NCBI RefSeq assembly: GCF_025148785.1
Contig: NZ_CP102271.1
Span: 1,387,972 to 1,419,971, forward strand
Length of the DNA stretch: 32,000 bases
Direction of reading: 5' to 3'
Source of the DNA: Catenibacterium mitsuokai
GTDB taxonomy: Bacteria > Bacillota_I > Bacilli_A > Erysipelotrichales > Coprobacillaceae
Shown: piece by piece, positions 16,732 through 25,473 of the stretch
Numbering within the stretch: position 1 is the first letter of the stretch
Layout of the letters: every line of letters begins with the position of its first letter
Translations under genes and position numbers: made by a program
The notes under the pieces: generated by a model
Databases searched by the model: none
The model's input: only the letters and a program-made list of their open reading frames with translations
Told to the model about the DNA's origin: nothing

Positions 16732-18024
16732 ATGAACAAGATCTATCAAATGAATGGATATCAACTTCACTTGATTTCATCTAAGAAATTTAAAGATATT
16801 ACAATCTCTGTTCGTTTTAAAGGACGTTTTACAAGAGAAACAGTCACAAGTAGAAGTGTTCTAGGATTCTTAATGATCACTGGAACTATGAAACATCCAA
16901 CACAGAAGGACTTATCTAGAACACTAGAAGATTTATATGGTGCAAATCTTTCTGCTAATATTTCTTCAGCAGGTAAAGGTCATATTATTACTTTTAAGAA
17001 TACATGTGTTAATCAGGAATTCCTTCCTATCAATGAAAATCTACTCATTAAACAGGTAGATTTATTAAATGAATTAGTGAATCATCCTTATATAGTGGAT
17101 AACCATTTCGATGAAGAAATGACTGAACTTAAGAAACAAGAAATTACATATCGTATTATGGCTGATATGGACGATAAGATGGGCTATGCCTTTGATCGTA
17201 TGGTAGATTATATGGGAAGAGGAAGTGTTCTAGGATTACGTTCTACAGGCTATATAGAAGATATGGATAACATCAATGCTTATACTCTTGTAGAAACATA
17301 TAACGATATGATCCAAAATGATGATAAGCATGTTTATGTAGTAGGGGATATAGATGAAAGTATCGTTTCTATTTTCGAAGAAAGATTACAGTTCCCACGT
17401 GCAGTTCATGAGCCTTATCCTACTGCTTATATTTATCAGAATGAGCGTATTCATCTTTTAGATATCATTGAAAAACAGGATATCGTCCAGTCTAAGCTCG
17501 TTATGGGGTATAAGGCAAACTGCTGTACCTTAAGCAAAAATACAGCTGCAATGAGCGTATTTTCTAATTTATTAGGAGGTTATTCTCAATCTAGACTATT
17601 CCAGGTAGTCAGAGAAAAAAACAGCTTATGTTACTTCATTCATTCAAGTTATGATCCAATGAATGGTATTATGACCATTGCAGCAGGCATTGATATGGAT
17701 AATTATGATAAGACTAAAGAGTTAATTGGAAAACAGATCAAAGACTTGCAGGTTGGTCATATCACCGATGAAGAATTATCAATGGTAAAAACTATGTTAA
17801 TCAATGCATTATCTAAAGTAGATGATGATCCAGATTCCATTATCTCATTCAATTGGAGAAGAGATATCATTAATAGTCAGGATACTATTGAAGATAAACA
17901 GAATGCAATTAAAAATGTCACTAAAGAAGATGTTATTAAATGTGCTCAAAGTATAGAATTAGATACAATCTATTTCTTGACTGGAAAGGAGTTCTATGAA
18001 GAAAACTTATTATCCAACAATTAA
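16732..18024 (+). CDS. M16 family peptidase homologue lacking the HxxEH motif (YfmF-like)
   Basis: 430 aa M16 fold pattern (VLGFLMITGTMKHPTQKDLSRTLEDLYGANL) paired with the next gene. Confidence 0.82.
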   Translation: MNKIYQMNGYQLHLISSKKFKDITISVRFKGRFTRETVTSRSVLGFLMITGTMKHPTQKDLSRTLEDLYGANLSANISSAGKGHIITFKNTCVNQEFLPINENLLIKQVDLLNELVNHPYIVDNHFDEEMTELKKQEITYRIMADMDDKMGYAFDRMVDYMGRGSVLGLRSTGYIEDMDNINAYTLVETYNDMIQNDDKHVYVVGDIDESIVSIFEERLQFPRAVHEPYPTAYIYQNERIHLLDIIEKQDIVQSKLVMGYKANCCTLSKNTAAMSVFSNLLGGYSQSRLFQVVREKNSLCYFIHSSYDPMNGIMTIAAGIDMDNYDKTKELIGKQIKDLQVGHITDEELSMVKTMLINALSKVDDDPDSIISFNWRRDIINSQDTIEDKQNAIKNVTKEDVIKCAQSIELDTIYFLTGKEFYEENLLSNN

Positions 18025-19288
18025 AGAAACTCTATATCATGAAAAGATGAGCAATGGACTTAATGTCTATCTCATGCCTAAGGATGGTTTTACAAAGACA
18101 TATGGTTTATTTTCAACACGTTTTGGTTCTATTGACCGTAGTTTCATTCCTCTAGGAGAAACAGATTTAATCACAGTACCTGATGGTGTCGCTCATTTTC
18201 TAGAACATAAGATGTTCGATATGGAAGATGGGGATGCCTCAGAAAAATTTGCCGCACTTGGTGCAAGCAGTAACGCCTTCACTTCTCATAGCCGTACTGC
18301 TTATTTATTCAATACGGCTACAAATGTTGATGAATGTACTGAATTGTTATTAGACTTTGTTCAGGAATTAAATGTCACTCCTGAAAGTATTGAAAAAGAG
18401 AAGGGCATCATTAATCAGGAAATAGGCATGTATAATGATGATCCTGACTGGCGTGGTTATTTTGGTGCTATCAGCAACCTTTATCATAATCATCCTGTTA
18501 GAATTGATATTGCAGGTACTGTTGAAACAGTGGCAGAAATTGATTATGACATCTTACAGAAGTGTTACCACACATTCTATCATCCTTCTAATATGATGTT
18601 ATTTGTATCAGGAAACTTTGACCCTGAACACTTAATGTCTATTATTCGAGATAATCAGGCAAAGAAAAGTTTCAAAGATATGCCACCGATTGTAAGAGGG
18701 GATCATAATGAACCTGAAACCATCTTTAAGGACTATGAAGAAAACGTAATGGATGTCACTATGCCTAAAGTCAACGTGGCAATCAAGGTGAATCATGTCC
18801 CTCAATCACCTGAAGAAAAGCTTAAAAGACAGCTTTCTTTCTATATCTTCATGGATATGTTATTCTCTAAGAGTAGTGATTTAAGAGATGAATGGACTAA
18901 GGAGGGATTGATCAATGATTCATTCTTTACTAATTTCTCACAGGAACGTGATTTCTCTCATATTATCTTTGCGGGAGATAGTCCAAAACCGGATGAATTA
19001 ATGGCTCATATTCATCAATTAATTGCAGATATTCCACATATGACATTAGATGAAGAAGCATTCAATAGAATGAAAAGAAACAATATTGGAACTCTTATTG
19101 GTTTCTTCAACTCTATCGAAACAATCGCTTCACTATTTAGTCAATACTATTTAGAGGGAATCAATTTATTTGACTTATTTGAAGCATATCAGGCTCTTAC
19201 AATCGCTGATATCAAAAATATTTTGCCTTTATTTTGTATGGATTTAACATCTAATTTTATTATCAGACCACTTAAGGCTAACGCCTAG
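17996..19288 (+). CDS. M16 family zinc peptidase (YfmH-like)
   Basis: Inverted zinc motif HFLEHKMF, then ASSNAFTSHSRTAYLF, RGDHNEPETIFKDYEENV. Confidence 0.88.
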   Translation: MKKTYYPTIKETLYHEKMSNGLNVYLMPKDGFTKTYGLFSTRFGSIDRSFIPLGETDLITVPDGVAHFLEHKMFDMEDGDASEKFAALGASSNAFTSHSRTAYLFNTATNVDECTELLLDFVQELNVTPESIEKEKGIINQEIGMYNDDPDWRGYFGAISNLYHNHPVRIDIAGTVETVAEIDYDILQKCYHTFYHPSNMMLFVSGNFDPEHLMSIIRDNQAKKSFKDMPPIVRGDHNEPETIFKDYEENVMDVTMPKVNVAIKVNHVPQSPEEKLKRQLSFYIFMDMLFSKSSDLRDEWTKEGLINDSFFTNFSQERDFSHIIFAGDSPKPDELMAHIHQLIADIPHMTLDEEAFNRMKRNNIGTLIGFFNSIETIASLFSQYYLEGINLFDLFEAYQALTIADIKNILPLFCMDLTSNFIIRPLKANA

Positions 19289-19291
19289 ATG

Positions 19292-19319
19292 TTGACTAAA
19301 AAAGCGCTTATGCTATAAT
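19292..19319 (+). promoter_or_regulatory. Near-consensus sigma-A promoter of the ncRNA
   Basis: TTGACT-16-TATAAT, immediately after the upstream stop codon. Confidence 0.85.
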
Positions 19320-19325
19320 GGTGGT

Positions 19326-19480
19326 GACCTGAGAGTATATGGATTTCCTACATTTTTGATAAGGGAACCTGATTGTTTGAAAGACGGTGTTGAAGACCTG
19401 CTACGAGTAGGGATCCTAAAGTTTTTCACAAGGTACCCACCTGTATTTAACAGGGATAATCAACTCCTCTTAGGTCTTTT
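19326..19480 (+). ncRNA. ssrS: Structured non-coding RNA, candidate 6S RNA
   Basis: About 155 nt with a strong promoter. Closing stem GACCTGAGAG (19326-19335)/CTCTTAGGTC (19467-19476) followed by TTTT. Inner stem TGTTGAAGAC/GTTTTTCACA (one mismatch) and a 3'-side hairpin CCTGT-ATTTA-ACAGG: a long irregular hairpin with central bulge. Confidence 0.55.
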
Positions 19481-19510
19481 CATTTGTTTAAATTTTACAG
19501 GGGGCTCATT

Positions 19511-19738
19511 ATGGCTATTGATCAGAAACTCATCGATGAAATTAATGCACTTGCTCATAAAAAGAAGACAGTAGGTCTTACGCCTGAAGAACAGGTTCGT
19601 CAGCAGAAGCTTAGACAGAAATACCTAAAAGAATTTAGAAGAGGCTTTGAACAGCAGCTTCAGAGCATCAAAGTTGTAGATGCAAATGGTAATGATGTCA
19701 CTCCTGCAAAAGCAAGAATGCACAAAAAAATAAACTAG
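19511..19738 (+). CDS. DUF896 (YnzC-like) family protein
   Basis: MAIDQKLIDEINALAHKKKTVGLTPEEQVRQQKLRQKYLKEFRRGFEQQLQSIKVVDANGNDVTP is the family signature. Confidence 0.92.
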   Translation: MAIDQKLIDEINALAHKKKTVGLTPEEQVRQQKLRQKYLKEFRRGFEQQLQSIKVVDANGNDVTPAKARMHKKIN

Positions 19739-19767
19739 ACAGTCTTTGTGAAAAGATTGTCTTTTTT
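19737..19767 (+). terminator. Rho-independent terminator
   Basis: AGACAGTCTTT-GTGA-AAAGATTGTCT followed by T run. Confidence 0.85.
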
Positions 19768-19846
19768 ATTGCCTTTCACTTTTGTAAAAAATGGTTTACA
19801 CATCATTAAAATTATGTATAATGAGTGTGATTAGGAGGTACTCGAA

Positions 19847-21817
19847 ATGGATTCGAATTTATCGATCGCTACAATAAGATCGCTTTGTATTGACATGATT
19901 AATAAGGCAAATTCTGGTCATCCAGGTATGGTTCTTGATGGCGCACCAGCTTTATATACATTGTTTACTAAGGTGATGAACATAAATCCCTCTTTGTCTA
20001 GTTGGCAAAATAGGGATCGCTTTGTTCTTGCAAGTGGTCATGCTAGTTCTTTACTTTATGCTTTATTACATCTTTCTGGTTATGATTTAAGTCTTGATGA
20101 TTTAAAACAGTTCAGACAGTGGCAGTCAAAAACACCTGGACATCCAGAAATCACTATCACAGATGGTGTAGATGCATCTTCAGGACCTTTAGGTCAGGGT
20201 GTTCCTACAGCAACAGGTATGGCAATTGCTGAAAAGTTCCTTGCCGAAAAATACAACAAGGAAGATTGCTCAATTGTTGACCATTACACATATGCATTAT
20301 GTGGTGATGGTGATATGCAGGAAGGTGTGACTTATGAAGCATCCTCTCTTGCTGGTCATCTCTCTTTAGGAAAGCTTATTGTTATCTATGATGCCAATGA
20401 AGTAACACTTGATGGTCCTCTTTCATATTCATTCAGTGAAAATGTAAAGAAGAGATATGAAGCAATGAATTGGCAGGTTATCGAAGTGGCTGATGGTAAT
20501 GACATTCAGGCCATCAACCGTGCATTAAAGCGTGCTAAGAAAGAGTTATTCAAACCATCTATTATCATCATGAAGACCGTAATTGGTTATGGTTCTTGCA
20601 ACCAGGGAACTAATAAAGTTCATGGTGCACCTTTAGGTGAAGAAGACGGTAAGAATGCTAAGTTATCTTATGGATTTGACCATGATCCTTTCTATGTTCC
20701 TGAAGAAGTTTATGCTGATTTCAAGAAGAATGTTAAAGACCGTGGTACAAGAGCATATAAGAAATGGTTAAAGACTGTTGAAGAATATGCTGAAAAATAT
20801 CCAGAAGAATATAAAGAATATAAAAATGCTATTGAAGGTAATTATCATTTAGATATTACAGAACTTCAAAAAGAATTCAAACCTGGCTATACAGAAGCAA
20901 CTCGTAATATTTCTCATAGAATTATTCAGGAAGTTGCTGCACAGAACCCTACATTCTTATCTGGTACTGCAGATTTATCTTCTTCTACTAAGACATCAAT
21001 CAAGGGTGAAGGAAGATTTAGCTGTGAAAACTATACTGGAAGAAATGTATATTTTGGTATCAGAGAATTCGCAATGGTGTCTATCATGAATGGTATGACA
21101 TTACATAAGGGTGTTAAGATCTCAGCAGGGGGCTTCTTGGTATTCAGTGATTACTTTAAAGCAGCCTTAAGAATGGGTTCTTTACAGGAATGTCCAATCA
21201 TTCTTCCATTATCACATGACTCTATCGCAGTTGGTGAAGATGGTCCTACACATCAGCCTGTTGAACAGCTTGCAATGCTGAGAAGCAGTATTGATGTTGA
21301 AGTATTACGTCCAGCTGATGCAAATGAAATGCTTGCATCTTGGAAGATTGCTGTTGAAACAAAGAATATGCCAGTTGCATTAATTCTTACTAGACAGCCA
21401 GTAGAAAACCTTACAAATTCTACTTATGAAGATGTATTACATGGTGCCTATATTGCTAGAAAAGAATCTGGTGATCTAGAAGGTATCATTATCGCTTCTG
21501 GTTCTGAAGTAGGTCTTGCAATTCATGCACAGGAAGAATTAGAAAAACAGGGACATTCAGTACGTGTTGTTTCTATGCCTTCAATGAATTTATTTGATGC
21601 ACAGACTGATGAATATAAGGAATCCGTTTTACCAAATAGCTGCAGAAAGCGTCTTTCTGTAGAAATGTTATCTGATTTTGGATGGCATAAATATGTTGGT
21701 TTAGATGGTAAAACTATGTGTGTTGATACTTTTGGGGCAAGTGCTCCAGCAAGTAGAGTCATCAAGGAATATGGTTTTACTGTTGAAAACGTTGTAAAAG
21801 AATACAACTCATTATAA
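19847..21817 (+). CDS. tkt: Transketolase
   Basis: GHPGMVLDGAPALYTLFTKVMN, TPGHPEIT, GPLGQGV, LCGDGDMQEGV, QEGPTHQP-like EDGPTHQPVEQLAMLRS. Confidence 0.96.
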   Translation: MDSNLSIATIRSLCIDMINKANSGHPGMVLDGAPALYTLFTKVMNINPSLSSWQNRDRFVLASGHASSLLYALLHLSGYDLSLDDLKQFRQWQSKTPGHPEITITDGVDASSGPLGQGVPTATGMAIAEKFLAEKYNKEDCSIVDHYTYALCGDGDMQEGVTYEASSLAGHLSLGKLIVIYDANEVTLDGPLSYSFSENVKKRYEAMNWQVIEVADGNDIQAINRALKRAKKELFKPSIIIMKTVIGYGSCNQGTNKVHGAPLGEEDGKNAKLSYGFDHDPFYVPEEVYADFKKNVKDRGTRAYKKWLKTVEEYAEKYPEEYKEYKNAIEGNYHLDITELQKEFKPGYTEATRNISHRIIQEVAAQNPTFLSGTADLSSSTKTSIKGEGRFSCENYTGRNVYFGIREFAMVSIMNGMTLHKGVKISAGGFLVFSDYFKAALRMGSLQECPIILPLSHDSIAVGEDGPTHQPVEQLAMLRSSIDVEVLRPADANEMLASWKIAVETKNMPVALILTRQPVENLTNSTYEDVLHGAYIARKESGDLEGIIIASGSEVGLAIHAQEELEKQGHSVRVVSMPSMNLFDAQTDEYKESVLPNSCRKRLSVEMLSDFGWHKYVGLDGKTMCVDTFGASAPASRVIKEYGFTVENVVKEYNSL

Positions 21818-21827
21818 AAACCATCAA

Positions 21828-21859
21828 AAAGGGAGGATATCTTAGGATATTCTCTCTTT
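21828..21859 (+). terminator. Stem-loop after transketolase, probable terminator
   Basis: AAAGGGAGGATATC-TTAG-GATATTCTCTCTTT. Confidence 0.6.
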
Positions 21860-21941
21860 AAATTAGTACTAAAACACTAAAACAATTTACAAACATAATC
21901 TAGTTTGATATAATTATTTAACGTTAACGGAGGTATTTACA

Positions 21942-22145
21942 ATGGTAGCAGGATATATTATTACTACAATTATTGGTGCTCTTGTTGGATTCTTCTTTGC
22001 AAGATGGATGTTCAAGAGAGAATTAAAGAAAAACCCACCAATCTCAGAAAAAATGATTCGTGCTATGTTTATGGAAATGGGACGTAAACCTAGCGAAACT
22101 CAGATCAAGAGAATCATGAAAAGTGTTAATGATCAATATAAATAA
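21942..22145 (+). CDS. YneF family (UPF0154) membrane protein
   Basis: N-terminal TM with GALVGFFFARWMFKRELKKNPPISEKMIRAMFMEMGRKPSETQIKRIM. Confidence 0.92.
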   Translation: MVAGYIITTIIGALVGFFFARWMFKRELKKNPPISEKMIRAMFMEMGRKPSETQIKRIMKSVNDQYK

Positions 22146-22172
22146 GGGATAAAACCCTTATTTTTATTTACC

Positions 22173-22805
22173 ATGAAAATTACAATTACAAGACATTCTA
22201 AAACGCTTTGGAATAAAGAAAAAAGACTTCAAGGATGTAAAGATTCTCCTTTAAGTCCTGAAGGCATGGATAATATTCTTGCTTTAAAAGAACATATCAA
22301 GAATAATCATTATGATGCTATTTGTTCCAGTCCTATTAAGCGTGCATATGATACTGCAAAGCTATTATTTGATAATCAGCCCATCATTACTGATGAACGC
22401 ATTCGAGAAATGAATTTTGGTCTATTAGAAGGACAGAAAATTGATGAAATTCCTGAGGAATATAAAAAAGCTTATCATGATTTATGGTGTCACCCTGAAA
22501 TATCCAATGGTATTCCAGAAGGGGAAACCTATGATGAAATTGAAGAAAGAGTTAAAGACTTCTTAAATGATCTTGTGAAAAAGCCTTATGACAACGTATT
22601 TATTGTCACTCATGGATTCTGTTTTACTATTATTATGGCCACTATCATGAACCTCGATAGAAAAGACTATATTAAAGTCAATAGTCCTGTTGTGGATGGC
22701 TGCTCTGAAACAATTGTGGATTATAGTAATGGCGCATTTACTGTGGAAGTTTATGGAAATAATAATTTCCTTCCACACCAGTCAAATGAATCATTTTCCA
22801 AATAA
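22173..22805 (+). CDS. Histidine phosphatase (phosphoglycerate mutase-like) family protein
   Basis: ITRHSKTLWNKEKRLQGCKDSPLSPEG, CSSPIKRAYDTA, FIVTHGF. Confidence 0.92.
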   Translation: MKITITRHSKTLWNKEKRLQGCKDSPLSPEGMDNILALKEHIKNNHYDAICSSPIKRAYDTAKLLFDNQPIITDERIREMNFGLLEGQKIDEIPEEYKKAYHDLWCHPEISNGIPEGETYDEIEERVKDFLNDLVKKPYDNVFIVTHGFCFTIIMATIMNLDRKDYIKVNSPVVDGCSETIVDYSNGAFTVEVYGNNNFLPHQSNESFSK

Positions 22806-22806
22806 A

Positions 22807-22836
22807 AAAGTCAAATGGCTAAAACCATTTGACTTT
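22807..22836. terminator. Bidirectional terminator between convergent genes
   Basis: AAAGTCAAATGG-CTAAAA-CCATTTGACTTT with flanking A/T runs. Confidence 0.85.
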
Positions 22837-23427
22837 ATTTTCTGTTCCGTTTTTTATTCTTATAATATTTGCACGATGTCTATAGACAATAAGTGCAACA
22901 ACACATATATTAGTAATGATTCCAGTTGTAGAATATCCAATAAATGGTGAAGCAATAAGAACAGCTGTCGCACCAAGGATACTCGATAAAGATACATACT
23001 TAGTTGTCTTTAATGTAATTAAGAATACCGCAACTGCGATAATAAAACCATATATATTAGTCATTAATGTATAGGCGATTGCACTTGATACAGCCTTACC
23101 ACCCTGGAAATTCGCAAAGATAGGATAACAATGACCAATCATACAGAATAGTGCACATGGATAGATAATATTTGCTGAAATACCAGATACTTTCGCAATC
23201 CATCCTGTTAGTAAGATGGTAATGATACATTTTGTTGCATCAAGTAAAATAACTGCCATTCCGGCTTTTTTGCCTAGTACTCTTCCTGCATTGGTACCAC
23301 CTAGATTATGTGATCCATATTGACGAACATCAGTATTATAAAACACTTTACCAATGACTAAGGCAAAAGGTATTGAACCATATAGATAACTTATTAATAA
23401 ACAGATGATTATAATTAAATATTTCAT
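22819..23427 (-). CDS. plsY: Glycerol-3-phosphate acyltransferase PlsY
   Basis: YLYGSIPFALVIGK, DVRQYGSHNLGGTNAGRVLGKKAG, GHCYPIFANFQGGKAVSSA. Confidence 0.94.
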   Translation of the reverse strand: MKYLIIIICLLISYLYGSIPFALVIGKVFYNTDVRQYGSHNLGGTNAGRVLGKKAGMAVILLDATKCIITILLTGWIAKVSGISANIIYPCALFCMIGHCYPIFANFQGGKAVSSAIAYTLMTNIYGFIIAVAVFLITLKTTKYVSLSSILGATAVLIASPFIGYSTTGIITNICVVALIVYRHRANIIRIKNGTENKVKWF

Positions 23428-23531
23428 CGACTCACCTCACAAAAAATCATTATACATAAATACTACAAAAAATCAAACTTTCCTATAAATTCCTTTTTGT
23501 GTTATACTAGTCAAGTTGAGGAGGTATGCTC

Positions 23532-25463
23532 ATGTCAAATGCACATTATGATGAATCTGATATTCAAATCTTAAAAGGTCTAGAAGCCGTTAGAAAAAGA
23601 CCAGGAATGTACATCGGTTCAACTGATTCTCGTGGTTTACATCACCTTGTATGGGAAATCGTTGATAACTCTATTGATGAAGCTATTGCTGGTTATGGTA
23701 AGAAAATTACAGTTACATTACATAAAGACAACAGCGTAACGGTCGAAGATGAAGGCCGTGGTATGCCAACAGGTATTAATAAAGAAACAGGAAAGCCAAC
23801 AACAGAAGTTATCTTAACAGTATTACATGCTGGTGGTAAGTTCTCAGAAGATGGTGGTTATAAGACTTCAGGAGGACTACATGGTGTAGGTTCTTCTGTA
23901 GTAAATGCCCTCAGTGAATTTTTAGAGGTCACTGTCCATCGTGATGGTGTCATTCATACACAGCGCTTTGAAAAGGGTGCTACAAAAATTGGAAAGTTAA
24001 AGAAAGTAGGGAAAACAAATAAGACAGGTACAATTATTCATTTCAAACCTGATGCTTCTATTTTCTCTACCACAACATTTAGTTTCCAAACAATTAGTGA
24101 AAGACTACGTGAAGATGCATTCTTATTGAAGGGAATGACAATAGAACTTATTGATGAACGTACTGATAAAGATGAAACATATCAGTATGAGAAAGGCTTG
24201 GAAGAATTTATTGACTGGATCAATAATGATAAGGAAGCTGTATCACCTATTATCTCTTTTGATGATACAAATAACGAAATAGAAGTAGAGATTGCGATGC
24301 AGTTTACACAAAGCTATCAAGAGAATATTATTTCTTTTGTTAATTTAGTACGTACTGGAGATGGAGGTACACATGAAGTAGGATTCCGTTCTGGTTTGAC
24401 TAAGGTATTTAATGAATATGCGAGAAAATATGCCTTATTAAAGGCAAAGGATAAGAATCTTGAAGGCAGCGATGTACGTGAAGGATTGAATGCTATTATT
24501 TCTGTCAAAATTCCAGAAAAATATCTTCAGTTTGAAGGACAGACCAAATCTAAGCTTGGTTCACCTATTGCCCGTAATATTCTAGAGAATGTTACTTTTG
24601 AACGTATTACTTATTTCTTGGAAGAAAATAAAGATATTGCAGAAAAGCTGATTGAAAAGATGATCAAAGCAGCAAATGCAAGACAGGCAGCACGTAAGGC
24701 TAAGGAACAGGCAAGAAAAGGTAAAAATAACCGTGAGGCGAAATTCCTTAGTGGTAAATTGGCCCCTGCACAGTCTAAGAACAAGCGTAAGAATGAATTA
24801 TATCTTGTCGAGGGTGATTCTGCCGGTGGTAGTGCAAAACAGGGAAGAGACCGTAAATTCCAGGCTATTCTTCCACTTCGTGGTAAAGTTATCAATACAG
24901 AAAAAGCCACGCAGGCAGATATTTTAAAGAACGAAGAAATCAGCACAATGATTAATACAATTAATGCGGGTGTAGGTGCTGATTTTAATGCGGATGATAG
25001 TGCTTATGATAAGATTATCATCATGACCGATGCGGATACTGATGGAGCACATATCCAGATTTTGTTGCTTACATTCTTCTATCGTTATATGCGTGATTTG
25101 ATCAAAGCTGGTAAAGTTTATATCGCTATGCCACCTCTTTATAAAGTTTCTAAGAAATCCGGCAAAAAAGACAACGTCATCTATTGCTGGGATGAAAAGG
25201 ATTTAGAAGCCGCACGTAAGAAGATGGGAAGAGGCTACGATGTACAGCGTTACAAAGGTCTTGGTGAAATGAATGCTGAACAGTTATGGGAAACAACTAT
25301 GAATCCTGAAACACGTACACTCATTCAGGTTACTATTGATGATGCAGCAATTGTAGAAAGAAGTGTTTCTGTATTAATGGGTGATAAAGTACAGCCTAGA
25401 CGTGAATGGATTGAAAACAATGTACAATTCTCATTAGAAGATAGCTTCTTTATGGAAGGATAG
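23532..25463 (+). CDS. parE: DNA topoisomerase IV subunit B
   Basis: GLEAVRKRPGMYIGSTDSRGLHHLVWEIVDNSIDEA, EGDSAGGSAKQGRDRKFQAILPLRGKVIN. ATG 23532 after GAGGAGG. Confidence 0.95.
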   Translation: MSNAHYDESDIQILKGLEAVRKRPGMYIGSTDSRGLHHLVWEIVDNSIDEAIAGYGKKITVTLHKDNSVTVEDEGRGMPTGINKETGKPTTEVILTVLHAGGKFSEDGGYKTSGGLHGVGSSVVNALSEFLEVTVHRDGVIHTQRFEKGATKIGKLKKVGKTNKTGTIIHFKPDASIFSTTTFSFQTISERLREDAFLLKGMTIELIDERTDKDETYQYEKGLEEFIDWINNDKEAVSPIISFDDTNNEIEVEIAMQFTQSYQENIISFVNLVRTGDGGTHEVGFRSGLTKVFNEYARKYALLKAKDKNLEGSDVREGLNAIISVKIPEKYLQFEGQTKSKLGSPIARNILENVTFERITYFLEENKDIAEKLIEKMIKAANARQAARKAKEQARKGKNNREAKFLSGKLAPAQSKNKRKNELYLVEGDSAGGSAKQGRDRKFQAILPLRGKVINTEKATQADILKNEEISTMINTINAGVGADFNADDSAYDKIIIMTDADTDGAHIQILLLTFFYRYMRDLIKAGKVYIAMPPLYKVSKKSGKKDNVIYCWDEKDLEAARKKMGRGYDVQRYKGLGEMNAEQLWETTMNPETRTLIQVTIDDAAIVERSVSVLMGDKVQPRREWIENNVQFSLEDSFFMEG

Positions 25464-25473
25464 GTGATCAAAC

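Noticed and set aside
16732-18024. M16 homologue without HxxEH as a broken gene
   Set aside because: The frame is intact and the inactive/active M16 pair (YfmF/YfmH-like) is a normal arrangement in Firmicutes.
19326-19420. Possible TPP riboswitch (CTGAGAG and GAACCTGAT strings resemble TPP motifs)
   Set aside because: The rest of the thiamine pocket and spacing does not fit, the immediate downstream gene is ynzC rather than a thiamine gene, and the closing stem spans the whole element as in a free-standing RNA.
24317-24946. Antisense ORFs inside parE (and similar ones in ftsK, tkt, nupP, parC and others)
   Set aside because: Long reverse frames are by-products of codon usage in well-supported genes and have no start signals or recognisable motifs.
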